A stretch of DNA of 64,000 bases from an uncultured Acidobacteriaceae bacterium (GCA_963787435.1 CAWBCZ010000015.1:58827-122826); one strand, 5' to 3'; numbered from the stretch's first letter, positions 1 to 10,067 are shown. Made by a program: numbers and translations. The notes: generated by a model from the letters alone, not told the origin.

Positions 1-73
1 GTAACGCATTTCTGCGAAGTCGCTCATCCTCGATCGAGGACTAGATGCGCAGCACCAACGGACTACTCTCAGC

Positions 74-937
74 ATGTACATACGTAATTGTTCTTCCTTG
101 CTCGGTTGCAGTCTTCTCGCGTTTTCGGTTTGTGTCGCGCCCGGTCAACAACCGGCGCAGGCACCATTGCCCGACATTCGCCAGCTGATGCGCGAGGTGC
201 AGGAACACCAGAAGAAGCTTGATCAGATCCGCGAGAACTACACATACAGCTCGTACCAGGTGGTGCAGGACATCGATGGGAATGGCCAGGTGAAGAAGAC
301 GGAGTCGTCGGAGTATGAGGATTTCTTCGTCAACGGCCACGTAATCGAGCGCAAGGTGAAGTCGAACGACAAGCCGCTCGATGAGAGCCAGCAGCAGAAA
401 GAGACCGAGCGGGTAACCAAGCTGGTGGGGAAGGCGGAGAAGACTCCGCGGGATCAGTCTATCGAGGGACCGACGATCAGCATCAGCCGGGTGCTCGACA
501 TCATGGATGTGCGCAATGAGCGCAGGGAACTCTATCGCGGCGATCCAACCATTGTTTTCGACTTTGTGGGCCGCAAAGATGCGAAGACCCACGGACTGGC
601 CGAAGACGCCTCAAAGAAACTGCAGGGAACCGTCTGGATCGATGAAGCGGACCACCAGGTGGCGCACCTCGAAGTGAGCTTCGACGACAACTTCCGCCTG
701 GTGGGCGGGATTCTGGCGACCGTGCAGAAGGGTTCGAGCTTTCGCTTCGACCAGGCGAAGGTCAATGGCGAAATCTGGCTTCCAACTGGCGCAGAGGGCA
801 CCGTGCAGGCGCGGCTGCTCCTGCTGAAAACTCTTCGCCAGCACTTTCGCGAGCGCGATTACGACTATCAGCGATTCAAAGTTGAGACCCAGCAGCAACC
901 GAAAGATGCGAAGATTGCGCCGGGAAAAAAACCCTGA
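74..937 (+). CDS. Secreted hypothetical protein (signal peptide, no recognisable catalytic motif)
   Basis: 287-aa ORF. The hydrophobic N-terminus LLGCSLLAFSVCVAPGQQ looks like a Sec signal. The mature part is K/E/Q-rich and I recognise no family signature by eye. Confidence 0.45.
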   Translation: MYIRNCSSLLGCSLLAFSVCVAPGQQPAQAPLPDIRQLMREVQEHQKKLDQIRENYTYSSYQVVQDIDGNGQVKKTESSEYEDFFVNGHVIERKVKSNDKPLDESQQQKETERVTKLVGKAEKTPRDQSIEGPTISISRVLDIMDVRNERRELYRGDPTIVFDFVGRKDAKTHGLAEDASKKLQGTVWIDEADHQVAHLEVSFDDNFRLVGGILATVQKGSSFRFDQAKVNGEIWLPTGAEGTVQARLLLLKTLRQHFRERDYDYQRFKVETQQQPKDAKIAPGKKP

Positions 938-966
938 GGCGTTCCGGCGTTCCGTAGGCTAAGAGC

Positions 967-1233
967 ATGTTCGTACGAAAGCTGTCGATCGAGCGAGTGG
1001 ATGCGGCGGGGAAACGTCATCCGTGTCCATTGCACTGGATCGACAACTTCGCCATGCGAAACTTCACCAACGACGCGATTTTCGATGACACGCTGCCACG
1101 CGGCGATGGGCTGATGGAAGCCGGCCATCGTGTGCCCCTCGACCGGCTGCAGCCGGCGATGGAGGAGTGGTTCCGGCGCAAGGGGTACATCAAAGCCGAT
1201 GAAAGGATCGAGATCGTGGAGTCAGACCGGTAA
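967..1233 (+). CDS. Hypothetical small protein
   Basis: 88-aa ORF 30 nt downstream of the previous gene on the same strand. No recognisable motif, so coding status is uncertain. Confidence 0.3.
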   Translation: MFVRKLSIERVDAAGKRHPCPLHWIDNFAMRNFTNDAIFDDTLPRGDGLMEAGHRVPLDRLQPAMEEWFRRKGYIKADERIEIVESDR

Positions 1234-1377
1234 ACAGGCGTAACCCCTCCATATGGTCTCTTTGCATAAATTACTCATTTTCAATGGTTTGCCGGATGAG
1301 GTCAGATGTAAATGTCTTCATCCATTACGGTTATTTGCAGAAATCAGATAACAAATAACTTACGGGATGCTTTTCGA

Positions 1378-1836
1378 CTATGCCGCCGCATTCTCGCAAT
1401 TGCCTTGCGGATTCCAGAGGCGAAACTCGGCTTCGCGGCGGGCTTTGAGGCTGGCAAGTTCCTGGGAGCCGGCGTGGTCCCATGCGAGTAGTTGCCAGGC
1501 TGCGGCGTCGTACTTGCCAGCGTTGAGATAACCGAGCAAGGTTGAGGCGGCAAGGCGTCCGGCGCCGAGGTTGAAAACGAAGTCGACCAGGGCGTCGAAT
1601 TGGCCCTGCGCGAGTGGAACTTTGACTGATCGCTCAACGGCGGCTTCGGCGATTGCGACGTCACGATTGAGAATCTCTTCGCCCTGCGGCTGGGTAATGC
1701 CCTTCGGATAGGCCTCTCCAGGCGTGAGGCGGTGGCCGAATCCAATGGTGCGGAGCCCGGCGACGTCTGCGTAGATGCGGTCGCGGAAGCCCTCGGATTT
1801 TTTCAAGAGTTCCAGTCCTGCAGCGCTCAAGTGCAT
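1378..1836 (-). CDS. Glycoside hydrolase family 24 (phage T4/lambda-type) lysozyme
   Basis: LLKKSEGFRDRIYADVAGLRTIGFGH matches the T4-lysozyme Glu / Asp / Thr catalytic core. A GGGAGG SD lies 5 nt upstream of the ATG at 1836; the longer ORF runs to 1848. Confidence 0.85.
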   Translation of the reverse strand: MHLSAAGLELLKKSEGFRDRIYADVAGLRTIGFGHRLTPGEAYPKGITQPQGEEILNRDVAIAEAAVERSVKVPLAQGQFDALVDFVFNLGAGRLAASTLLGYLNAGKYDAAAWQLLAWDHAGSQELASLKARREAEFRLWNPQGNCENAAA

Positions 1837-1905
1837 GTTTCCTCCCAAAGAAAAAGGCCGCTTGCGCGCGGCCGGTGAAGGACATAGCTTGTCTGCCCAG
1901 AGAAC

Positions 1906-2110
1906 TCTTCCTCAGGGGCTAAGCCCGATGTCCATTTCTGTTATTTCGAGGCGACTCAATGGGCCGCGGTCAAAGGCAACGATGCGTCACAAAGAAGCTT
2001 CCCTCAGGGGCTAAAGCCTGTTCGTGCCGCCGGGGTTAATGTACGGGCTAAAGCCTATACCCTTCAAAGCTGAAACGGGCCAAAAGCCTACAACTCTTCA
2101 AAGCCGACGA
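1906..2110. repeat. Dispersed intergenic repeat family, locus A (about 4 degenerate units built on (C)CCTCAGGGGCTAAAGCC ... ACCCTTCAAAG)
   Basis: Units are visible at about 1908, 1998, 2045 and 2076. The locus aligns by eye with 8759-8875 and 13131-13180. Confidence 0.7.
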
Positions 2111-2141
2111 AGCATCCGAGGCGGACGTTGCTTAGAGTGGT

Positions 2142-2501
2142 CTATTTCCTGAGGCTAGCAGGATTGGCGAAATAATCTGCAAATCCGTTGGACGATTGTG
2201 TGGGCGAAGGTAACTTCCCCGCAAGCTGTTGAAAAATAAGCAGGATGTTGTTCAGAGCTTCGTCGAAACTGCGGTCGTGGGTCCTTCGCAGAAGTGCAAC
2301 TAATATTGACTGGGCTAAGGGGCGGCTAAAGTTACTTTCGCAACACGAGATTGCCGTGATAGTCTTTGCGACTTCAGGGACCTCCGCCCATTCCCGGAGT
2401 GTTGTGAGGGCGTGAGTCGCTGCCGTTGTCGATCGGTCAAAGAGGGGCAAAAAGATGATCGCGCACCAGGATGGCGGTTGGTCCAACCCCTGTTGAATCA
2501 T
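2142..2501 (-). CDS. Hypothetical protein
   Basis: 119-aa ORF with visibly lower GC than its neighbours. No family motif recognised. Confidence 0.35.
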   Translation of the reverse strand: MIQQGLDQPPSWCAIIFLPLFDRSTTAATHALTTLREWAEVPEVAKTITAISCCESNFSRPLAQSILVALLRRTHDRSFDEALNNILLIFQQLAGKLPSPTQSSNGFADYFANPASLRK

Positions 2502-2607
2502 GCGCTTGCGCGCGTACCGTCATTTGGGTCAACTTTTTGCTAGATTTTGCCTGCATCTAATTGAATTTATTGGAGGATATCGGCCATCCGGCTGATAAAA
2601 TCAGAGG

Positions 2608-3159
2608 ATGCTAATTCGACCCAAAGCAACCAACACGAACCCCCAAAAGCCACTTCCATTCTGGCTGCTTGTGGGGACATCCTGCTTGGCAATGGCCGGG
2701 ATACTGGGAACGATTTCCACCCGGACAGTGCAGGCGGACGCTCGGCTGCAAAGGCCAATGGCAACACCCGCACCGGTGGTTGCAAAAGCGACTCCGGATA
2801 TGAACGTCCAGTCTCAGGCTGCGATCAAACCGCACCACAGATTCTTCCGCGGCATCGCTTCGTGGTATGGATCAGTTTTCAACGGTCGCAAGACAGCAAG
2901 CGGCGAGACTTTCAACATGTATGACATGACGGCATGCCATCCCACGCTTCCCTTCGGAAGCATGGTTCGTGTCGTGAACCTTCGCAACCGGAAATCGGTC
3001 GTCGTGCGGATTACAGACCGGGGCGACCTCGGGAATAATAACGGGCGCATCATCGATCTTTCCTACGCTGCTGCGGAGAGGCTGCAGATGACGCAGGCGG
3101 GGTTGGCGAGGGTTTCGCTCGAAGTGCTGTCGATGGGGCGTCCGGGGGACGCGGAATAG
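2608..3159 (+). CDS. rlpA: Septal ring lytic transglycosylase RlpA family protein (DPBB domain)
   Basis: FRGIASWYGSVFNGRKTASGETFNMYDMTACHPTLPFGSMVRVVNLRNRKSVVVRITDRG is the RlpA double-psi beta-barrel signature. The N-terminus has a TM/signal segment. Confidence 0.85.
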   Translation: MLIRPKATNTNPQKPLPFWLLVGTSCLAMAGILGTISTRTVQADARLQRPMATPAPVVAKATPDMNVQSQAAIKPHHRFFRGIASWYGSVFNGRKTASGETFNMYDMTACHPTLPFGSMVRVVNLRNRKSVVVRITDRGDLGNNNGRIIDLSYAAAERLQMTQAGLARVSLEVLSMGRPGDAE

Positions 3160-3180
3160 AGGAATTTAGGGAGACGGTTG

Positions 3181-3205
3181 AGGGCCGGCCCGACGGGCCG
3201 GCCCT
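3181..3205. terminator. Bidirectional hairpin between convergent genes
   Basis: Perfect 11-bp GC stem AGGGCCGGCCC-GAC-GGGCCGGCCCT between rlpA (+) and the RibD-C-like gene (-). Confidence 0.6.
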
Positions 3206-3243
3206 TGATGTTTCTGCGGCAATTCATTCCAATTAGAGGGCCC

Positions 3244-4113
3244 CTATGTGCTCCGATCTTTCACCTGATAACGCAGGAAGAGGTAATCTGCTGCATTTTT
3301 TGCGCTGAGAAGTTTGCACCAGGGAGCTGTCGCGGGAGAGAACTGGACATTCGCAACCAGGCCAGGCCTGGGGTGCGCTGCGACTCTCCCGGCAATCTGA
3401 GGTGCCACTGTCAGGAAAAGTTCATCCATGAACCCGCCTGCGAGAAATTCGCCAAAGAGTGTCGGGCCGGCTTCGTGAAGCAGCAACTCCACTCCGGCTT
3501 CCTGTCTGAGCAACGCAAGGATGGCGGAAGGAGAGATACGGGTCTCTGCCGTGGGGAGCGCCCTCACCTCGACAGAGGCGAGTGCACCCGATCCGCTTTG
3601 CGACAACCTCTGTTTGCCTCGCTCCGTGGTCAGTATGAGCACCCTGGTTCGCGGCGTATGAAACACGGCGCTGGCGAGGTCCAGCCCGCCCGCTCCCGTG
3701 ACAATCACTACAAGCGGATACTCCGGCTTTCGGAGCACCTCGGTTCGATAGTTTCGGTATAGATCTTTCGCTGCTGGATACACAGATTCCGGGAGCCAGG
3801 AGCCCAATGGACCAACGGCTTGAAGCGTTCCGGAGCCCACCAGCACCGCGTCTGCTGAGGCTCGCAGCAGGCCCATGATGAACCGATCTTCTTCGTTCGA
3901 ATCACTGATCTGAGATCCTTCCGACTGACCAGGTAAGTTGAAGCTCACGACCCCGTCGAGTGTCGACACGAAGTTTGCGATGAGATAGGGACGCTCCACC
4001 GGAGCAGGCGGAAAGGAAAGATCACCATCATATCTAGCTCGAAGGCCATCGGGAAGGACCGCACGAGACGGCTCAGCGGATCCAATTGCGAACAGAGTAC
4101 GGATAGGCGCCAT
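3244..4113 (-). CDS. RibD C-terminal domain / dihydrofolate-reductase-like family protein
   Basis: 289 aa. ANFVSTLDGVVSF, LVGSGT and ELFLTVAPQIAG resemble the pyrimidine-reductase (RibD_C) fold. Confidence 0.65.
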   Translation of the reverse strand: MAPIRTLFAIGSAEPSRAVLPDGLRARYDGDLSFPPAPVERPYLIANFVSTLDGVVSFNLPGQSEGSQISDSNEEDRFIMGLLRASADAVLVGSGTLQAVGPLGSWLPESVYPAAKDLYRNYRTEVLRKPEYPLVVIVTGAGGLDLASAVFHTPRTRVLILTTERGKQRLSQSGSGALASVEVRALPTAETRISPSAILALLRQEAGVELLLHEAGPTLFGEFLAGGFMDELFLTVAPQIAGRVAAHPRPGLVANVQFSPATAPWCKLLSAKNAADYLFLRYQVKDRST

Positions 4114-4309
4114 AGTAAGAAGGCTACTTCAATCGTTGCCCGAGTGTTTCGACGATCAACTTTGATGGAAAGCACGTCATCGCCGGGCGCGTGGCCAACT
4201 TGCTGAGGATGGCAGAAAAAACAAAGCAGATCCTTCACTCCGCCTGCCCAAGAAACGAAATATCGTTCCTGTGGCCCAAGCGCCCCGCTCAGATGAGGAG
4301 GAGGAATGG

Positions 4310-6404
4310 TTATTGGCCGGTGTCGGGTAGCTTGTAGGGTTTGGAGAGCCACTGCCTTGCTTCGTTGACGGCGCCCTGAGTGTTGTCGTTGGTTTGGACG
4401 GCGAGGCGATATTCGTTGACGGCGCGGTCGCGCTGGCCGGTGATGTCAAAGATTTTGCCGAGCGCGATGTGGCTCCAGACTTCGGTCCAGCGGGGCTCGC
4501 CATCGCCGCGGAGGGCGTCGCGGTAGTAGTTGACCGAGGCTTGATAGTTGCGCTGGGTGAAGAGCACCTCGCCGATGCGGTAGTCGGCCAGTGAGCTTTG
4601 CGGGTTGGCTTCAAGAGCTTTCTGATATTCCGCGAGGGCGCCGGTCAGGTCGTTTTGCGCGACGAGTTGCTGGCCCTTGAGGATGGCGATGCGGACCTGG
4701 AGGTCGGGCGAGGACTTGAGCACCCAATCGCCGGGATCGATGACGATGTGGCGCGGGCGGCCGAAGGTGTCGACGACGTATTGTGAGTCGGTACCGACGA
4801 CGTCGACTTTCTGGTCCTCAGTCTTGCCATCGGTTTCAACACGCAGGTCAACGGGCATGCGGAAGAGGTCGAGGTCCTGGTTGATCTGGCCGATGGTGCG
4901 GAATCCCTTGTTATTGCCCAGACGATAGACGGCGTACTTGTTGGTGAAAGTGGGCGCGCCGGTGCCGTCGACCCATTGTGAGAAGAATGGTGTGAGCTGC
5001 TCCTGGCTCTGGGCTTCGGCTACTTTTGTGAGGTCGGCTTCGCGGATCGACTTGTCGGTGAACTCGCTCAGCGTGCCTTTCAGCGTAGCGAGGAAGGCCT
5101 TGTCGCCGATCTCCCAGCGGAGCATGTGAAAGATCATGGCTCCCTTCTCGAGAGTCATGGACTGGAACTCCGGCGAGAAGGGGCTGAGGCGGGCGGAACT
5201 GGAAAGCGGGATGGTGTCGTAGGCGAGAGCGCCGGCCGAGACATCCTGAAGCGCGGCCTTAAGGGCGCTTTTGCCCTGCTCTTCTTCGACGTACATCAGC
5301 TCGCCGTAGCGCGACATGCCGTTGGTGATCCAGGCGTCGTTGAGAGTCCTGGGGCTGACTTCCGCTCCCCACCAAAGATGGGCGAGGGTGTTGGCAAGGA
5401 GGCGGACGCTGGACTTGTCGCCGGCGCGGGAGCCCATGATGGCGGCGAGTTCGGGAGCCCAGGCTGAGGGCAGGGTGTCGTCGGGGAGTTCAACGACGTT
5501 GAGGTGGCTGGACTCAAGTCCACCAAAGCTGTCGGTAAAGAAGTCGAACTCCTTGGTGGCGGTCTGCGCGAGCTGATTGGCAGAGCCCTGATGGGCGACG
5601 GTGAGATAGACCTTTACATTGCCGGCACCAGCCGAGACGGGGCCGACGAAGCGGCCTGCGATGACGGTTCCCGGAAAGCCGGGTCGGTTCCAGTTAAAGT
5701 CGAACTGGTCGCCAGGTTTGCCGTCGGAGAGGGTGACCGGGTGCGCAGATCCTTGTGCGCCGCTGGAGAAAACCTTCATGCCCTGCGGGACGCGAACATG
5801 AAGCTCAGCGGTGAAGCGATCGGTCATGAAGCCGGTGGTGGGGAACCAGCGCGCGGCGTAGAGGAGGTAGGTGATGGGCTCCTGGATGGCGGCGAGCTTG
5901 AGGCCTTCGACGGGGCCGTCTTCGGCGCCGGTGATCGTGCCGTCGTATTCGAAGGTCCAATGAGCGGCCTGTCCTGGCAGCGAGGGGGGAGGCCGGTGTG
6001 ACGCGGATGGTGCCGTCCGCCGAGCGCTCGCCGGTGAGCACCTTGCCGGAGTCGTCGGTAATCTTGATGACCTTCAAGGCCGGATGGAAGCCAAAGCTGA
6101 TCATCTCGGAGTTTTCAGGCGCGGTGAAGGTGACGGTGGCCTTCGCCTTGAGATGATGAGCGGTGGTGTCGATCTCGGCGTCGATAACGTAGGCGGTGAT
6201 GTCGAGCGCAGCACGTTCCGGCCGTTGAGCGGCAAGAGGGGATACCGCGATAAAGCCAGCGGCGAAAACCACGATTGCGGCAAGCGGCCCTGGACCGGAT
6301 GCGGCCAAGGAGCTGCGAACGAACGATTTCAGTTTCAGCATTCCCAGTGTTAGACGCATGTTCTTCCCACTCACGACCTTAGATTTCAATCGTCCCACCC
6401 TCAT
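4310..6404 (-). pseudogene. M1 (aminopeptidase N)-like protein with C-terminal TPR repeats, interrupted by a 1-nt frame break
   Basis: ORFs 5805-6404 and 4310-5827 join into one M1-like protein if one base is removed from the G6 run at 5984-5989 (IRVTPASPSLPGQAAHWTFEYDG...). A signal peptide is present. The zinc motif is degenerate (NTLAH instead of HExxH). Confidence 0.8.
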
Positions 6405-6406
6405 CT

Positions 6407-7648
6407 TCAGGATTTCACGGATTCCGAGACTTGTAACGCTGCGCCAAGCTGCCTGATTGTGATGCTCGCAACACGGCTGATGGCAGTTTCAACCTCGTCC
6501 CCGTGACCGTTTGGGTGAGGGGTGAGCAGGCCTCGAATGCGGGCCAGCTCTATCATCATGGACTCGCGAAGTGGGCCGTCGGGTAGCAGGGGCTCAATCT
6601 GGCGGACGATATTGGCGGCTGTAAATGCGCTTTGGATAAGCTCTGGAACCACCAACTTGCCGGCAATGAGATTGGCCATCGCTACGAAGGGGACTTTGAC
6701 CACGCGGCGAGCGATCTCATAAGTGAGCGTCGAGACCCGGTAGACCACCACAAAGGGATTCCCGATAAGAGCGGCCTCAACGGTGGCTGTTCCGCTGGCC
6801 ACTACGGAGGCGCGCGCATGCATCAGGGCGGCGCGGGCATCTTCCACCATCTGCACGGGAAGGCCGTCGCCGTGGTGTTTCACGAGGCCTGCAAGCATCT
6901 TTCGCTGGGAGGCGTTAAGCGTGGGAGCGAGTGGGATGATGAATTCAAATTCCTTGCGCGATCCGGCGGCGCGGGGGCCGCGCAGGGTGAGAATGCGGGC
7001 GGCGGCGAGCATCTGGGGCAGGTTGTCGCCAATTTCCTTGGCGCGGCTGCCAGGTAAGAGGGCGATCCAGGAGCGTGCAGGGTTCAGTCGGCTTTCGCGG
7101 GCGAATTGCTCGCGGCTGATGGCCGGCTGGGGGAGATCGGCGAGCGGATGGCCGACAAATTCGGCGGAGACGCCGCGTTCGCGGTAGAAAGGCTCCTCGA
7201 AGGGAAAGATGACGAGCATCTTGTCGACGTATTTCTGCACGAGCTTGATGCGTTTCTTTTTCCAGGCCCAGAGCTGCGGGCTGACGAAGAAGATAACGGG
7301 GATGCCGAGACGATGGAACTCTTCGGCGAGCTTGAAATGAATATCAGGGAAGTCGATGAGGATGGCGATATTGGGACGATGGGTTTTGATGGCGCCCTTG
7401 AGGCGGAGGTACTCATGGTAGATGCGGGGCAGGTGACGGACGACCTCAGTGATGCCCATGACCGCCATATCTTCAGAGCTGACGATCTGGCGAAGGCCGG
7501 CTTCCACCATGCGCGGGCCCCCCATTCCAACAAAGTGGGCTTGCTGGTCAGCCACGGCGAGCTGGTTGCGCAACTCGTCGAGCAGCATTGCGCCGTAGTG
7601 CTCCCCGCTGGCTTCGCCCGCCGATATGAAGATGGTGGGACCGGACAT
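6407..7648 (-). CDS. lpxB: Lipid-A-disaccharide synthase
   Basis: MSGPTIFISAGEASGEHYGA... N-terminus and full-length LpxB-like sequence. The start is chosen at the internal ATG 7648 (ORF extends to 7924). Confidence 0.9.
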   Translation of the reverse strand: MSGPTIFISAGEASGEHYGAMLLDELRNQLAVADQQAHFVGMGGPRMVEAGLRQIVSSEDMAVMGITEVVRHLPRIYHEYLRLKGAIKTHRPNIAILIDFPDIHFKLAEEFHRLGIPVIFFVSPQLWAWKKKRIKLVQKYVDKMLVIFPFEEPFYRERGVSAEFVGHPLADLPQPAISREQFARESRLNPARSWIALLPGSRAKEIGDNLPQMLAAARILTLRGPRAAGSRKEFEFIIPLAPTLNASQRKMLAGLVKHHGDGLPVQMVEDARAALMHARASVVASGTATVEAALIGNPFVVVYRVSTLTYEIARRVVKVPFVAMANLIAGKLVVPELIQSAFTAANIVRQIEPLLPDGPLRESMMIELARIRGLLTPHPNGHGDEVETAISRVASITIRQLGAALQVSESVKS

Positions 7649-7776
7649 CCGTGCCTCTTCCCGCGCTGGCACAATGATAACGGGTAGGGGATGCAGAGAA
7701 TTATCCAGGCACAGAAGCGGGCTGGATTGATCAAAATTAAATCGGCCCTCGTTCTGGATTGACATAGATTGGAACG

Positions 7777-8742
7777 GTGAGGTGCATGATGGAAACTGTT
7801 CTGACCTCCTCTCGCGACAGGATCGCGTTTTCGATGCTTGCACTGGTCGCGATTCTTCCGGTGGCGGTTGTGTCACGCACGCAGGAGCCGGCGCCTGCAC
7901 CGCAGACCGCGCCTCAACCCACACTGATTCAGAGTCCGATTCCTGGGGGACAGCTTGCGTTTCTGAGCGGATATGCGGGGCGGACGACCAAAGAGTTGAT
8001 GAAGGAAAAGCAATTTCGTGCGCTGAAGAAGGAGATCGTTCCTCGGACGGAATACCACTACGGGCGCGACATGCCGTTGTCCGATGCGCTGGATGATGTA
8101 CTGGACGGATCGCCGTTGCCCGTGAACGTGCGCGACGGACGGTATGTGACAGTGATGGGCATGCAGGGACCGTATCTGCGCGGACGGGGTTTTCTCTGGT
8201 TCGATCTGCAGGAGGGAATAGCGCTCGGCGGCTTCTACTTCACGCCGACGAATGGCGAGCCGACGCCGACGCTGACGGTATTTTCGCGGCAACTGAAGCT
8301 GACAGCACTCGCGTTGAGCGAACTGCCGCGCGCGTTCGTCGATGACCTGAGCCAGTGGGCCGCGGTGGCGAGGATTCCTGCGATCACGCCTCGGTACTTC
8401 ATTCCCGACAATGGAAAGAAATACGTGCTGGAGCACGACGAGGATTATTGCTGGCACCCTGCGGGGACGCCGGCGCCGCCAGAGGGCGAATGCATGCAGG
8501 CCAATCTCGACGCGGCGAATGCGGATATGGATGCCGCGTACTTTATGAAGGAGACACATAACGCGGCAAATGCAACCGCGTGGATGCTGGATCCGGAGCA
8601 GGTGGCGTGGATCGCGATGCGTGCCAGTACGTGCGTGGGTCCGAATGCACTGGGTTGCAGGGTTCGCATGACGCGGGAAAGGACGCGCATCATTCTCGGG
8701 CCGGGAGCGCCGCGGCCACGGCCGTTGCAGGCGAGCCGATGA
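7777..8742 (+). CDS. Secreted hypothetical protein
   Basis: 321-aa ORF with a TM/signal segment FSMLALVAILPVAVV. It is divergent from lpxB and no motif is recognised. Confidence 0.45.
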   Translation: MRCMMETVLTSSRDRIAFSMLALVAILPVAVVSRTQEPAPAPQTAPQPTLIQSPIPGGQLAFLSGYAGRTTKELMKEKQFRALKKEIVPRTEYHYGRDMPLSDALDDVLDGSPLPVNVRDGRYVTVMGMQGPYLRGRGFLWFDLQEGIALGGFYFTPTNGEPTPTLTVFSRQLKLTALALSELPRAFVDDLSQWAAVARIPAITPRYFIPDNGKKYVLEHDEDYCWHPAGTPAPPEGECMQANLDAANADMDAAYFMKETHNAANATAWMLDPEQVAWIAMRASTCVGPNALGCRVRMTRERTRIILGPGAPRPRPLQASR

Positions 8743-8758
8743 ACTCGGCTGAAGAACA

Positions 8759-8875
8759 GTCCCTCAGGGGGCAAAAGCCCTTTCGTTATGCGAGGGTCAA
8801 TGTACGAGTTGAAGCCCGTACCCTTCGAAATCCAGTCACTGCATGGACCGAAACCCGGACCCTTCAAGATGCTGT
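8759..8875. repeat. Dispersed intergenic repeat family, locus B
   Basis: TCCCTCAGGGGGCAAAAGCCC...GTCAATGTACGAGTTGAAGCCCGTACCCTTCGAAA...CCGGACCCTTCAAGA aligns with locus A. Confidence 0.7.
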
Positions 8876-9041
8876 GCAGACAAAACATTGATCGTCGTTG
8901 CTCCGACTGGATCGTGAGTAGGAAAAACGCTTCCTGATAGAGATTTCGAGTGATACACTCGGCGAGCCTGCACGGGATGGCAAGGTCGTTCCCCTTCTGA
9001 ATTGACTTCCCATGAGCAAGGTAAAAAAACGGAGGTCAATT

Positions 9042-10067
9042 ATGCAGAACGGAAGTCATGCGGACGCACCGCTGAATCCAGGCATTGTTTTTGACATGGT
9101 GCAGGCAGTCCAGAAGACGGCAGCACTGAAGGCCGCTATCGATCTGGACATCTTTACAGCAGTAGGCCAAGGGCCGGGGGACGTTGCCTCGATTGCACGT
9201 CACGCAAAGGCCTCGGAGCGCGGCATTCGGATTCTCTGTGATTTCCTGGTGATCAACGGAGTGCTGGCGAAGGAAGCGAATAGCTACAAGCACACACCAA
9301 ACAGCGCCGCATTTCTTGATCCTGCGTCGCCTGCGTGCGTGGCTTCAGTGGCGCACTTTATGAGCCGGCCGGAACTGATTCAAGGACTCACCGGGCTTGC
9401 GGACGTGGTGCGCGCCGGGCGAACGCACCTTCCGGGCGAAGGAAGTGTAGAGCCGGAGAACCCGTTGTGGGTGGAGTTTGCGGAGAACATGGCACCGATG
9501 ATGGGTCCGATGGCGGGGCCGCTGGGTGCAGTTGTTCTGGAAGGGCACGAGGGTCCGATGCACGTGCTGGATATCGCGGCAGGGCATGGTCTTTTCGGGA
9601 TCGAGATTGCGAAACAGAACAAGCATGCGCAGGTGACGGGACTGGACTGGGCACCGGTACTGCGCGTGGCATTGCGAAATGCGGAGAAGGCTGGCGTACA
9701 GGATCGCTACAACATGCTGCCCGGAAGCGCGTTCGAAGTAGAGTTTGGCGGACCGTACGACGCAGTTCTGCTGACGAACTTTCTGCATCATTTTGACAAG
9801 CCAACGTGCGTGGGGTTGTTGAAGAAGGTGCGTTCATCCCTTAAGCCAGGTGGCAAAGCAGCGACGCTCGAATTCGTACCGAACGAGGACAGGGTCTCGC
9901 CGCCGATGTCGGCCGGGTTTGCCATGACGATGCTGACCACCACGGCCTCAGGAGATGCGTACACATTTAGCGAGCTGAACGCGATGTACGACGAGGCGGG
10001 ATTCAACGGCGTGAAGGCGCACCCAATTCCGATGAGTCCACACACGATTGTGATGGGGAATGCTTGA
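9042..10067 (+). CDS. Class I SAM-dependent O-methyltransferase (dimerisation domain + Methyltransf_2-like)
   Basis: VLDIAAGHGLFGIE is a SAM motif I, with a COMT-like layout. A GGAGG SD lies 6 nt before the ATG at 9042 (ORF from 9012). Confidence 0.8.
   Translation: MQNGSHADAPLNPGIVFDMVQAVQKTAALKAAIDLDIFTAVGQGPGDVASIARHAKASERGIRILCDFLVINGVLAKEANSYKHTPNSAAFLDPASPACVASVAHFMSRPELIQGLTGLADVVRAGRTHLPGEGSVEPENPLWVEFAENMAPMMGPMAGPLGAVVLEGHEGPMHVLDIAAGHGLFGIEIAKQNKHAQVTGLDWAPVLRVALRNAEKAGVQDRYNMLPGSAFEVEFGGPYDAVLLTNFLHHFDKPTCVGLLKKVRSSLKPGGKAATLEFVPNEDRVSPPMSAGFAMTMLTTTASGDAYTFSELNAMYDEAGFNGVKAHPIPMSPHTIVMGNA

Noticed and set aside
1775-2014. ORF 1775-2014 (+), ending ...KEASLRG.
   Set aside because: It runs antisense over the lysozyme start and then through the intergenic repeat units. 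It is a translation artefact of the repeat family.
1378-2501. A prophage or defence island around the GH24 lysozyme.
   Set aside because: There are no integrase, capsid, tail, terminase, holin or att-like repeats. It is a single phage-type gene only.
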